The position numbers and the translations under genes are program-made. From a virus, in the IMG/VR virus record IMGVR_UViG_3300025707_000004: a DNA stretch of 64,000 nt; one strand, 5' to 3'. The notes beneath the pieces are model-generated. The model was not told the DNA's origin. It worked only from the letters and a program-made list of their open reading frames with translations, and did no database searches. Shown piece by piece: positions 37,260 through 46,506 of this stretch (the first letter of the stretch is position 1; each line of letters starts with the position of its first letter).

Positions 37260-37560
37260 ACAGCCCCGGCCGATATTAGTCACTAATACTCGCCGCCGTC
37301 GAGTCCGTCACGAGGTCCTGCGGCTGAAGCAGCGGACCAGCCTGAACAACCGCGACCTACTCAAGCTACGTAGGCGCTTGCGCCGCAACACCATCCCGAT
37401 GGGAGTCAACCACGTCAAAATGCGTGATGGTTCCTTCGCGGTAGTGAGCACTAAGAACGGCAAGCCCCTGGTGATGTCGTTCCTTACCTCGTCGATGCAC
37501 CCTCCAGGCACAGACGTGACGCCGCATCTGTACAAAAAGAAAGGCCCGACCACACCGTAG
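37243..37560 (+). CDS. Basic hypothetical protein
   Basis: ORF; contains a palindrome variant at 37274. Confidence 0.45.
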   Translation: MNGKIKQPRPILVTNTRRRRVRHEVLRLKQRTSLNNRDLLKLRRRLRRNTIPMGVNHVKMRDGSFAVVSTKNGKPLVMSFLTSSMHPPGTDVTPHLYKKKGPTTP

Positions 37561-38034
37561 GGGACCTCCATGGTCGTCCTCACTGGCGAGTCGGGCCCTG
37601 TCCCCGAGATTGAATGAAAGTCCCGACACGGGAACACCCCACGGGACTTGGGGCGGGTACAGCCTGTACCCGTGCAGTGGGCCAGCTAAGCCCTCTGCTT
37701 CACGGCTCTTATACCGTTCCGTTGCCAGTACTTGCAGACTAGCGGTCGGTCTTGGCTGCAGGGAGGTTATCCCGCTTGCGCTTCAGCAGGAGCAGGTGAA
37801 TGGCGCCAACAACGACGCCGAGGGCCAACAGACCCCCCGGAATGTAGTACTCAAGCATGTAGATACTCTGTGTGTCTCTGTACTCAGGCGGAGCACATGT
37901 GGGTGTTGCTTTTCTTAGCTACGAGGGCTAAATCGGCTCCAAAACGGGCACGTAGTACGCATTAGTACACAATTTGAGTCGGTTCGGTGGCCCCCCTTTG
38001 TGGGGTACACTGAGGAGGCCACGACGAGGTTGAG

Positions 38035-38976
38035 ATGGACGCCGCAGAAATGCAGAAGCAGGCCAGTATTGGCCGCCTAGCCGGGAAGCTCCGGAAGCTC
38101 CTTTACGGAGAGGTCGCACCACTCAGTCAGGTGGGCCGAGCGGTCGGTCAAGCGGCCTCGTACAAGGCTCTGCCCACGCCTCTTCGGCAGCCCCGTAGGC
38201 TGTTCGACTTGCTCGCCGACCGCATCTCGATTGCGGGGGGTAGCCCTGCTGAGGCAGCGACGGGTCGGGCGGTTACGACCATTCCTGGGCTTATCACCGA
38301 GGCGGACACCGTTCGGCGGACGATGAAGGCCGCCAGGAAGCTCTCCAACAGGCGTCAGCTCGCGGCCACTAAGCGGGTGCTCAAGCTGCAGGGGGCGTCC
38401 AAAGCACTGGAGACGGGGGACAGCATTGGGACGCAGGCGTTCTCAGCCATGGCTGCGCCGAAGGACCCCGCGGAAATGCTGCAGCGGCTGCTGCTGGCGT
38501 CTGGGAAAGACCTGGGTGTTGGCCTTGCCCATATGGGTATCGGCCAAGCCGCTAGTAAGGCGAGCCGCCAGGAACGCCTACTGGGTGGACGAGGGCAGAA
38601 GCAGCTGAAGAAGCTCTTGTTGGGAGGAAAGGCGGGTCAGGTCGACATCCGGCCGTCGCCGCGGTCCCTCCTGCAGCTGCTCACCGGGCAGGAGAAGGGC
38701 TCAGCGGCGTTCTCGCTGGGGAATACCGCGTACGTTCCCTCGCGGCCCAAGCCGGACTTCGGCAAAGGTGACCCGTTCCATGGGTTGCTGCGGGCGCTCG
38801 AACGCAAGAGCCAACGCAAGCCAGTCCGTGATGCGCTCGCCACGGTGGGTGAGAGCCCGATTACGCCTACGCTACTGAACTTGGCCTCAGCGGCGATACC
38901 CCAGGCTCGCCACGCTTCAACCGCCCTGAGCCTCGCCAACATCCCGCTGGCTAACCCGCTCAAGGCGCTGCAGTAG
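38035..38976 (+). CDS. Basic protein with N-terminal KQA motif (virion-internal candidate)
   Basis: Starts MDAAEMQKQAS; GAGG RBS. Confidence 0.65.
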   Translation: MDAAEMQKQASIGRLAGKLRKLLYGEVAPLSQVGRAVGQAASYKALPTPLRQPRRLFDLLADRISIAGGSPAEAATGRAVTTIPGLITEADTVRRTMKAARKLSNRRQLAATKRVLKLQGASKALETGDSIGTQAFSAMAAPKDPAEMLQRLLLASGKDLGVGLAHMGIGQAASKASRQERLLGGRGQKQLKKLLLGGKAGQVDIRPSPRSLLQLLTGQEKGSAAFSLGNTAYVPSRPKPDFGKGDPFHGLLRALERKSQRKPVRDALATVGESPITPTLLNLASAAIPQARHASTALSLANIPLANPLKALQ

Positions 38977-39019
38977 CTAAGAAACAGGGGGGCGCTCACT
39001 TCCCCCCTGACTTCTCCGT

Positions 39020-39364
39020 TCACACCACGTGGGCGTTGTTTCCTGCGTCCGCGGGCCTCACCCGACCCTGGACGTACTCACGCCACAGCAGCGCCTCGTG
39101 GATGAGCTGCCGCAGTAGGTTCGGGCTGAGATTGCCGAGCAGGTCGACAAGCTCGTCGGGGGCATCCTTCGCGAACCGGAGCAGGGCATCCCCGTCAGCA
39201 TCGCAGAGGTAGACCTCGCCCGCACGGTGGATTAGCTCCCGCCAAGGGCCGGGTCCCGAGGTCCGTAGGTCGGCAGCATGCGCGTCCAGCCGGTCGAGGT
39301 CGCTATTGGTGTACCGCTCAGGGGTGCTTTTGTGGGGTCTCCGCCCGTTGTTGTACTGGGCCAT
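39020..39364 (-). CDS. Hypothetical protein
   Basis: AAGGA RBS. Confidence 0.55.
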   Translation of the reverse strand: MAQYNNGRRPHKSTPERYTNSDLDRLDAHAADLRTSGPGPWRELIHRAGEVYLCDADGDALLRFAKDAPDELVDLLGNLSPNLLRQLIHEALLWREYVQGRVRPADAGNNAHVV

Positions 39365-39821
39365 GTTGGTGTCCTTGTGGGTTGGCCGGGAACCGCGCGC
39401 GTGTAGCGAGCGCCGTGGCGCCCCAACGCAGCGCCTCCTTGGCGTTTGGGAGGCTGATGAGCCCCTCGGAAAAGATGGCGTGGTCCTTGTAGGCCCGGTA
39501 GTGCAGTGGTCTCCGCCCGATGCGGAACACCACTACAAGCCGGCCTGTCTCGACTCTTGAAGCCCTTAGGCAGAAGCGTACGTTCTCACCCGCAGGTCCC
39601 CATGTAGCAGCGTCAAAGTGCACCTCAGCCTTGGGGGCGCGGTTGCGAAGACGCAGCAGGTACTGCGTTAGCTCGATGATGTCGTTGGGCGGCTCGTGGT
39701 AGTCCCGGATAGCCGAGTCCCAGAAGTGTTGAGCAACACCTACAGGCTTCGGGAATCGGATTAGCCGTTTCATATTAGTAGGGTACACGGTTGCGCGGGG
39801 GTGTGACCGAGTAGCGGCCAT
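39318..39821 (-). CDS. Hypothetical protein
   Basis: GAGGT RBS. Confidence 0.5.
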   Translation of the reverse strand: MAATRSHPRATVYPTNMKRLIRFPKPVGVAQHFWDSAIRDYHEPPNDIIELTQYLLRLRNRAPKAEVHFDAATWGPAGENVRFCLRASRVETGRLVVVFRIGRRPLHYRAYKDHAIFSEGLISLPNAKEALRWGATALATRARFPANPQGHQHGPVQQRAETPQKHP

Positions 39822-39850
39822 ACCTCACAAAGCTAACGCATTATTAGCCG

Positions 39851-40360
39851 CTAATAATCCTGATGCATCTCGTCGGCGCCCTCTTTCTCGGGCTTCGTGA
39901 CGGTTTTGGTGGGGAGGACCAGTCGCCAAGGGCCTAGCGGATGCGGATGGTGGGGGTGGTCATCAGCCTCATCGGCGGCGTGGAGGTAGGCGCGGTACGT
40001 GGGCGCTTCGCGGCCCATCACTAGCGGGATACGGGCCATAAGGTCCGAGCCCTCCACCATATGGAACCACACCCCATCAGTCATCTGGACACGTTCGCCC
40101 TTGTCAAGGGCGAGGGTGTACCCCTGGTCACCGTAGGTGTCGAGCACGACACGAGCAAAGACGCGGGGGATACTGGAGTCGGACGCATCAGGGAAGAGCA
40201 ACATCCGCGGGGCGGTGTGTGCGGGGTGTATGGAAGGCTGGAGGGAGTCCGGCCCATCGACCTCCACCCAGGCGGTGAAGGCCGTGGGTGCAGGGGTATG
40301 CGCGCTGTCGTAGTAACCCACCGGGGTGTCTATGGGTGTAAGGGCTGGCAGGAGGCTCAT
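39851..40360 (-). CDS. Hypothetical protein ending EMHQDY
   Basis: ATGA coupling; C-terminal tag. Confidence 0.6.
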   Translation of the reverse strand: MSLLPALTPIDTPVGYYDSAHTPAPTAFTAWVEVDGPDSLQPSIHPAHTAPRMLLFPDASDSSIPRVFARVVLDTYGDQGYTLALDKGERVQMTDGVWFHMVEGSDLMARIPLVMGREAPTYRAYLHAADEADDHPHHPHPLGPWRLVLPTKTVTKPEKEGADEMHQDY

Positions 40361-40863
40361 CCCCTTGCCTCGAAGAAGTGGCGGAAGCGCTTCAAGGCTC
40401 CGGTCATCTGGACCAGGGCGCAAGGGGGTCGGCAGGTCCCCTGCGCACCCCCGCAGGCGACACAGTTCGGTGCGTCGTTCTGCCACACGTCGTTGACGAC
40501 TGTCTGCAGGACCGCGTACTCCTTGTAGAAGGGCTCCCGCTCCTGGATGGCGCGGTCGACGGCCCGCCGCGCGCGGTCAACGATTAGGAGGGGGCAGGTC
40601 GAGCGGTGCTGCTGAGTTGGTGATGTTCTGCAGAGTCTGCAGAGCTTGCTACCGCTGTGACCGGCGTAATAGCCCCCCATCTCACGAGTGAGGTTGCGTA
40701 GCTCTTTGTTGAGCCCGTCCCAGCCAATGAGGAGCATCCGGTAGTAGATGGAGCGGGCCTCCTTCTGCGGCTCCTGCTCGGGCGCCGTGCTGACCTGGAC
40801 CTCGGGTAGGTCGTCTTCAGGGCCGAGCAGCTCCTCGTAGACGTCTTCTCCGATGTTGCTCAT
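40357..40863 (-). CDS. Protein with two CxxC...HxxxC-like Zn motifs
   Basis: CRLC..HRSTC and CVAC..CRPPC. Confidence 0.6.
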   Translation of the reverse strand: MSNIGEDVYEELLGPEDDLPEVQVSTAPEQEPQKEARSIYYRMLLIGWDGLNKELRNLTREMGGYYAGHSGSKLCRLCRTSPTQQHRSTCPLLIVDRARRAVDRAIQEREPFYKEYAVLQTVVNDVWQNDAPNCVACGGAQGTCRPPCALVQMTGALKRFRHFFEARG

Positions 40864-41087
40864 GACTTCTCTTCCTCTTGGTCTAGCCGCTCAAGCTCTT
40901 CTCGCCAGAGGCGGTTGCAGGGCTGGCGGAGGCAAATGTATTCAGGGCCCACCCGTTCGGCGGGGACGTGAGAGTCGTGGACGTCCAGGGTCTTGTTGCA
41001 GGCACTGGCACCCTCGTCGGTTCGAGCGTGGATGACGAGAGGCCCCCGCTTGTAGGTGCTTCTGCTGAACTTGGGCGGAGTAGCCAT
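40860..41087 (-). CDS. Small Cys/His protein
   Basis: H..C...C...C pattern. Confidence 0.5.
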   Translation of the reverse strand: MATPPKFSRSTYKRGPLVIHARTDEGASACNKTLDVHDSHVPAERVGPEYICLRQPCNRLWREELERLDQEEEKS

Positions 41088-41108
41088 TACGTATTCCTTG
41101 CTTCTTTC

Positions 41109-41267
41109 CTACTTCAACTTCAACTTCTCCGCGGGTACCAAGGTGCCCTTCCCGCAGTAGCGGCAGATTGGCTTGAAGTACTGGTTTTTCGGGTCAGTGC
41201 TGAAGCCTGTGCGCTGCTCGCGGTGGCATTTGGGGCACCTGCACTTGGTGAATACGCTACCGCGCAT
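41109..41267 (-). CDS. Zn-ribbon micro-protein
   Basis: Manual translation: CPKC and CRYC. Confidence 0.5.
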   Translation of the reverse strand: MRGSVFTKCRCPKCHREQRTGFSTDPKNQYFKPICRYCGKGTLVPAEKLKLK

Positions 41268-41293
41268 TGGTCGAGCCCAACCATCGCGTCATG

Positions 41294-41764
41294 TCACCAC
41301 TCGTATTTCGGCAGGTGGTCGTAGACGTTCTCGTCGCGGTCGAACTCGATGAGGCGGGCACCGCATTCGAGGGCCATCTTCCACACGGGGATGAGCCACT
41401 CAGGCAAATGCTCGCCCAACTCATCCGCCTCCAGTACCTGGACGAACACGAGGTAGCCGTAGCTGCCCAGCTTCCCCGTGCTCTCAATGGTTCGTAGGTC
41501 CCCGAAGTCGGGGTCGTTGCTCGGCATGTGGCCCGTGCTCAGCGAGAGCATCACGCAGGCTGGGCGCATGTCGTCGGCGACGTGCATCAGCTTGATGGCG
41601 AGCGCTTCGACGTCATCGGTCTCAACGTCTCGGGGGATGGGGACATCGAAGACGGGCGCCACGTCGCCGTCTACCTCTAATGGCTCTTCGACGGTGACGT
41701 GGTTGATGAAGGCGTTTTCGGCGGTGTGGAAGTCGAGCAGCTTGCGGTTCCGGGGGTACTTCAT
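41294..41764 (-). CDS. Hypothetical protein
   Basis: Coupled ORF. Confidence 0.6.
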   Translation of the reverse strand: MKYPRNRKLLDFHTAENAFINHVTVEEPLEVDGDVAPVFDVPIPRDVETDDVEALAIKLMHVADDMRPACVMLSLSTGHMPSNDPDFGDLRTIESTGKLGSYGYLVFVQVLEADELGEHLPEWLIPVWKMALECGARLIEFDRDENVYDHLPKYEW

Positions 41765-42072
41765 TGGCCCTCTCCAACACGCACCACCCGGTGCCCGCCA
41801 TCGCTGTCGTCACCACCATCGGCGGCGTCTGCGTCAGCCCGAGCGGTCAACCGGTTGACCGCCTTGATGATGGGGTGGGGCACCCTGCCTGGAGGTTCCC
41901 GCAGCTCAGGTACGGGAGCGTCGTACTCAGTGGCGTGGCCGGCGACGTACCCCTCCGGGTCCGTCCAGAAGTCGGCGTCGGCGACGGCGGCTTCCTCTTC
42001 GTAGTCGTAGGGGTTGCAGTCCCCTGTGACGTACCACTCGCCCGTTCGCCCGGTCTTGTTGAAGTAGCTCAC
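41761..42072 (-). CDS. Hypothetical acidic protein
   Basis: Coupled ORF. Confidence 0.5.
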   Translation of the reverse strand: MSYFNKTGRTGEWYVTGDCNPYDYEEEAAVADADFWTDPEGYVAGHATEYDAPVPELREPPGRVPHPIIKAVNRLTARADADAADGGDDSDGGHRVVRVGEGQ

Positions 42073-42290
42073 AGATCCTCACCCTCCTCCATGACCTCGG
42101 CCCTGATCGATCCCTTCTCCCAGTAGTCCGTGTCATCGAAGAACTCCCCGCCGTCGGTCTCATCCCACACCCGCTGGGCGAGGTCTTGAAGGGCCTGCGG
42201 GTTGTTGGCGGTGGCGTCGTCGACCTCCACCTCTTTGACGAACTCCACCCTGGTGAATGCGGAGAGCCGGATACGGACGCGCTGACCCAT
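42069..42290 (-). CDS. Hypothetical acidic protein
   Basis: Coupled ORF. Confidence 0.55.
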   Translation of the reverse strand: MGQRVRIRLSAFTRVEFVKEVEVDDATANNPQALQDLAQRVWDETDGGEFFDDTDYWEKGSIRAEVMEEGEDL

Positions 42291-42883
42291 CAGGTCCTCT
42301 CTTTCGTGGCGTCGTTGTCGTCTTCGGAGATCTCGTCACAGCGCCGGATCTCCTGCTCTCGCGCACAGTCCTCCAGCACGTCCCACCCGAGGCTAACGCT
42401 GCGGTCTTGCAGCGCAGACTTGGCGCTCTGGAGGAACGCCTCGGCGTCCTCATCACTGAGATCGTAGACATCCGTGATGTCTTCGACGGTCCAAGAGATA
42501 GCAACTACCGGACCAGTGGTGACCTCCCCGCCGGACGTGGCGTCGGCGCCGCAGTCGGCGCAGATACGGTCGACCATGCCGTGTTGCGTGAGGGCCATGC
42601 TGGCAACCTCGGCGACCTCTTTCACCAACTCGGCGAAGTCGGGGTAGGCCACCTCAAGCTCTTCCAGGGTGTCTCCGCTTATCAACGCCTGTCGGACCGC
42701 CTCAGCCGCTTCGACCAGCTTGTCGTCAGCGGTCAGGGTCGGAATGGGGTTAACCTCGATACGGTCGACCATGCCCTCACCCACCCACCGCTCGGCCTCA
42801 CGCCGAAGATGCTTTTTCATGTTCGCTTCGTGAGCCGCGTCGGCCTGCTCACCCGCCGCCTGAATGATGATTGTCAGTGCCAT
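42290..42883 (-). CDS. Hypothetical acidic protein
   Basis: AGGAGG RBS. Confidence 0.6.
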   Translation of the reverse strand: MALTIIIQAAGEQADAAHEANMKKHLRREAERWVGEGMVDRIEVNPIPTLTADDKLVEAAEAVRQALISGDTLEELEVAYPDFAELVKEVAEVASMALTQHGMVDRICADCGADATSGGEVTTGPVVAISWTVEDITDVYDLSDEDAEAFLQSAKSALQDRSVSLGWDVLEDCAREQEIRRCDEISEDDNDATKERT

Positions 42884-43305
42884 TGTGATGCACCCTCCTT
42901 TGAGTGCCAGGGGCCAGCGAGCATGAGCGCATGCCAGCATTCGGTTGTTACGTCGGCGAACTCTACGTGGTTGACCGCGCAGTTCTCGTCGTTTGTTTCG
43001 TGGATGTCTCCGCAGCTCTCGCACCACACGTACCCCATGGGGACAGCGCCCGGCACGGGGTTGTCGCAGGGGTTACCCCCGTCCGACAGCACAACGGTAG
43101 GTGTGTCGACAGCGGTCAGCTCGTCGTAAGCGACTTGGTACGAGCCAGGGATGTGGCCGTTCTCGTCGGCCATGGGCCGCACAAGCGTTGGTACGATTAC
43201 GACCGCCTCCGCCTCTTCCGCGCTATAGCGGCGTGCAACGAAGCCGGTCTCTACCTTGTCCTGCCAGGTGAATTGAACCCAGCTGTGTAGCTTCGGCTCA
43301 GGCAT
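42874..43305 (-). CDS. SH3-like plus Zn-ribbon protein
   Basis: Beta-barrel-like N-terminus; CESC. Confidence 0.5.
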   Translation of the reverse strand: MPEPKLHSWVQFTWQDKVETGFVARRYSAEEAEAVVIVPTLVRPMADENGHIPGSYQVAYDELTAVDTPTVVLSDGGNPCDNPVPGAVPMGYVWCESCGDIHETNDENCAVNHVEFADVTTECWHALMLAGPWHSKEGASQWH

Positions 43306-43603
43306 CGTCGGCCTCCTCGTCTTCCATGCCGAAGAGCGCTAACCAACGCGCTCGACGTTCGGGGTCTTCCATGCTGCACGCGACGGTGTACGCCGCGTCG
43401 GGGATGCTGCTGTTCGCGAACACGTCGGAGAACTCGGTGGGGATTTCCCGGAGGTCGTTTACGAAGCTGACCTCGACGTCCACCCTGTGACCGGGCGCGT
43501 CTTCACCGAGCATGCCGTCGTCGATGCAACGGCGGATGTTCTGCTCGATGGAGAACTCAGTCTGGAGTCCGCCACTGCGGGGGGTGGTGATTGTTACGTT
43601 CAT
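43298..43603 (-). CDS. Hypothetical protein
   Basis: GGAG RBS. Confidence 0.55.
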   Translation of the reverse strand: MNVTITTPRSGGLQTEFSIEQNIRRCIDDGMLGEDAPGHRVDVEVSFVNDLREIPTEFSDVFANSSIPDAAYTVACSMEDPERRARWLALFGMEDEEADDA

Positions 43604-43632
43604 TCGTTTCTCCCTATTAGCGGCTAATACGT

Positions 43633-43749
43633 TCAGACGTCCATGTGGTAGTCGGCGGAGAGCAAGACGGCTTCGTAGGGGCTGGTGGTTGCTGGGTACA
43701 CTTTGCGGCGGTGGACGACCCGGTCGCCGTTGTTGTATTCGCTGGGCAT
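43633..43749 (-). CDS. 38-aa truncated paralog ending DYHMDV
   Basis: Manual translation MPSEYNNGDRVVHRR...ADYHMDV; AGGAGG RBS. Confidence 0.6.
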   Translation of the reverse strand: MPSEYNNGDRVVHRRKVYPATTSPYEAVLLSADYHMDV

Positions 43750-43756
43750 GGGCCTC

Positions 43757-43969
43757 CTATACGTCTACGTGGTAATCGAGGTGCAGAAACCCGGGGCGCA
43801 CTTCAAAGTCGCCCTCGTTCCACCACGAGATCATTCCTGAGTCCAGATTGACTCGCCAAACGGTCATGCCGACCGCTGCGCTGTAGTGGGCGGAAACCAG
43901 CGTGGCTTCCTGTGGGCGTTTGAACATGTCTTTGCGGTGGGCCCGGTCTCCCGGCTTGGGATTAGACAT
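43757..43969 (-). CDS. SH3-like paralog ending DYHVDV
   Basis: GDRA...VWRV...WW. Confidence 0.65.
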   Translation of the reverse strand: MSNPKPGDRAHRKDMFKRPQEATLVSAHYSAAVGMTVWRVNLDSGMISWWNEGDFEVRPGFLHLDYHVDV

Positions 43970-44171
43970 CGACGTGGTACTCGTCGGGGCAAACCTCGAA
44001 GCGGGATTGGTACCACCACGTTTCACGGCCCGTAGGTTCGAGTAACACCAGCCAAGTGACCTCTTGGCCTACTTCACTCCAGCGGGAGTGTGACAGCGTG
44101 CCGTATCGGTAGGTGCTGGGGTCAACGTGCCTGGGTCGGCGGACACGTTGTCCGGTCGTGAAGCTAGACAT
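43962..44171 (-). CDS. SH3-like paralog ending EYHVDV
   Basis: GQRV...TWLV...WWY. Confidence 0.65.
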   Translation of the reverse strand: MSSFTTGQRVRRPRHVDPSTYRYGTLSHSRWSEVGQEVTWLVLLEPTGRETWWYQSRFEVCPDEYHVDV

Positions 44172-44418
44172 CGATGTGAAACTCCGGCTCGGCTGGCGGC
44201 GGCTCCCAAGCACGCTTGAAGACGAACTCCCCGTGGTACCACCACTCGTAGGAGTCGGCAGGGATGCCGTCGTTCTGTCCCAGCTTCTGGACACGCCAAG
44301 CACCCGGATTTGCGCTCTCGCTCTGCCAACCCAGCCGAGCACGGAGCGGAGTGCCGTCGGGGTAGAAGCGTTCGGTGTGTTCGACGATGTCGTTCCTTGC
44401 AAATGCGTCGCGGGGCAT
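44164..44418 (-). CDS. SH3-like paralog ending EFHIDV
   Basis: NDIVEH...AWRV...EWW. Confidence 0.7.
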   Translation of the reverse strand: MPRDAFARNDIVEHTERFYPDGTPLRARLGWQSESANPGAWRVQKLGQNDGIPADSYEWWYHGEFVFKRAWEPPPAEPEFHIDV

Positions 44419-44429
44419 AGCGGCTCCTT

Positions 44430-44678
44430 TCAGATGTCCTCGTGAAATTCGGGGCGCTCGCTAAGTGGCGCTTCGGCCAACGTGAACTCCCGGGTAGACC
44501 ACCACTCGAAGTAGTCGACGTGGACACCGTCTATGTCGATGCGCTGGATACGCCAAGCAGGAGCGCTGTCGTCCTTGCTGATGAAGCGCAGCAGACCACG
44601 AAGGGGCGTGCCGCTGCCGGTGGAGTAGCAGCGGTAGTTGTGTTTAACGATGTCGCCGCGGGCATATCCGTCAGCCAT
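44430..44678 (-). CDS. SH3-like paralog ending EFHEDI
   Basis: GDIVKH...AWRI...EWW. Confidence 0.7.
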   Translation of the reverse strand: MADGYARGDIVKHNYRCYSTGSGTPLRGLLRFISKDDSAPAWRIQRIDIDGVHVDYFEWWSTREFTLAEAPLSERPEFHEDI

Positions 44679-44689
44679 GGTTATGTCCC

Positions 44690-44913
44690 TCAAATGTCCT
44701 CGTGGTATTGGGGCGGGGTCGTAACAGCGGCGGAGCTAACGACGGTGAAGGCACTGGAGCACCACCAGTCCTCTTGGTGCCAACTGAGGCCGATGATGCG
44801 GACTCTCCAGTAGGTGGCGTTGCCGGAGTTTTTGTAAAGCAGCTCCCCCTCACGCCGTTGCCACTGTTGTCGTACTGCCGCTCCCTGTGCTCGACGATGT
44901 CACCCTTCTTCAC
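44690..44913 (-). pseudogene. Frameshifted SH3-like paralog ending QYHEDI
   Basis: N- and C-terminal halves lie in different frames across a G5 run near 44845. Confidence 0.6.
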
Positions 44914-45059
44914 GGCTGTGCTCCTCCCTAGGTAAAGCAGTACTTGGGTCCATCGGCCTTATACCGCCAAGATGGCCGAGTCTGCGGTTCGACCATTAGT
45001 CGGTAATAAAAGAGCAGCGCCCCCGAAGGGGATGCTCTTGCCCCGCTGAGTGCGGGGGC

Positions 45060-46022
45060 TTAGATGCCCAGCGGGTGGGGCACACCGCTGAAGTAGATGG
45101 TGATGCTGTTCGCGCACCGACGCGTCTCCAGCCCGTACTCATCGGTGATGAACTTGGCCAGCGCATCACGGATGCCGGCGCAAGCACCCACCGTCCTCGA
45201 CGAGAAGGGAGCCCGCAGCTGCAGCTCCCTCCGCTCGTTGTCCCACGAGATCGTCGAGTACTCGTGGGACAACGAGGTCGAGATGGTCAGCCGGGTATGA
45301 CCATGCCGCGCTCCCTCAGCGGCTACCCGGAGGATTCCGGGGAGCGAACTTCGGATTTCGTGGAGGACGCCCTCCGGCGATGCGGCGTGGTCCAAGCTCT
45401 CCACCCGCTCCGCGTTGAGCTGGACCAGTCCAGCCCGGAGGGCCTCGGGACTGAGCGGGGCCTCCACCTCGCCTCTCCTGCGCTGAATGGCGCCCATGAA
45501 GGCGCCACGCAGCGGGTCGATGGACGCGTGGAACAGGCAGTGGGCCACGTCAGCCCATCCGGTACACCTGGGCGTGGTGAGCACGGCGCGGATGACCCGC
45601 TCCGTCCACGCCCAGTACTCGTCGCGCCGCTCGTCACTCCACCCCTGCGGCACAGGGTTCATGGATGCCCGGTTGTCCAGGCAGTCAGCGAGCTTGACGA
45701 GGGCGGCACCACCGGAGAGTTCCGGGGCATGCGTCACGCACAGTTCCTTGCGGAACTCCTTGCTCAGCTCCTTGTCGTCGGTCAGCTCCGCTACCATGCC
45801 GGCAACGTGCTCACCAAACTCGGCCCGGAGCTGCTCCGGGGTGACGTCGGTGTCCTCCACGGTGTCGTGGAGCAGCGCGCCGATGATGGTGGTTTCGTCG
45901 GCCCCAGCCGCCTTGAGGGCAGCCGCCATCCGGAGGGGATGGCAGATGTAGGCTGACCCGTCGCCCTTCCGCTTCTGGAAGCGGTGGGCGTGTGCCGCAA
46001 ATGCGGCTGCGATGATGGGCAT
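45060..46022 (-). CDS. Mesh1/SpoT-type HD-domain small alarmone hydrolase with C-terminal extension
   Basis: AH..QKRKG..YICHP, LLHDTVEDT, VKLADCLDN. Confidence 0.85.
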   Translation of the reverse strand: MPIIAAAFAAHAHRFQKRKGDGSAYICHPLRMAAALKAAGADETTIIGALLHDTVEDTDVTPEQLRAEFGEHVAGMVAELTDDKELSKEFRKELCVTHAPELSGGAALVKLADCLDNRASMNPVPQGWSDERRDEYWAWTERVIRAVLTTPRCTGWADVAHCLFHASIDPLRGAFMGAIQRRRGEVEAPLSPEALRAGLVQLNAERVESLDHAASPEGVLHEIRSSLPGILRVAAEGARHGHTRLTISTSLSHEYSTISWDNERRELQLRAPFSSRTVGACAGIRDALAKFITDEYGLETRRCANSITIYFSGVPHPLGI

Positions 46023-46070
46023 TTCTGCCTCCTTCTGTTGTGTTGGTTGAGTAGGCGTAATTGCCTCCTC

Positions 46071-46110
46071 TATGGTTCTTATCCCTAGAAAGGGGGGGTG
46101 GTTTTGCAGG
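46071..46110 (-). promoter_or_regulatory. Promoter-like motif TGCAAA-N~19-GGATAAGAAC (representative copy)
   Basis: About 15 copies, each upstream of a transcription unit. Confidence 0.7.
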
Positions 46111-46506
46111 GGGCTAAGAAGAGCGCGGGGAGAAGCCCCCGCACCCATTGACCACACCGACCAGTATTAGTCGGTGTAGTTCTGAAGGCGGTCACGGCAC
46201 GCAGCCATGGACACCCGGGGTCGAGGCGGTGCTGGAGCATCGCCGCAACCTCTCCCGGCGCCACCTTTTCCCCGGAGGGATAGGTGCCGCGGTCCAGCAA
46301 CTGGCCGTGCTCCCGCCAATCGGCGAGCAAGTACTCCAGCTCGCCGACGACCTCCGAGCGACGGCACCCTTCGAGACCCTCGGCGGAGCCAACCAGCTCC
46401 CCCTTGTAACTAGACATATCGAACCTTTCTGCAGCAACGCTGCATTGGGAGGCGTAGATGCCCCCGTTCATAGTTCTTATCCCAAAAAGCACTAGCGGGT
46501 TTGCAG

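Noticed and set aside
43633-44913. Diversity-generating retroelement
   Set aside because: No reverse transcriptase and no near-identical TR/VR pair with adenine-specific differences.
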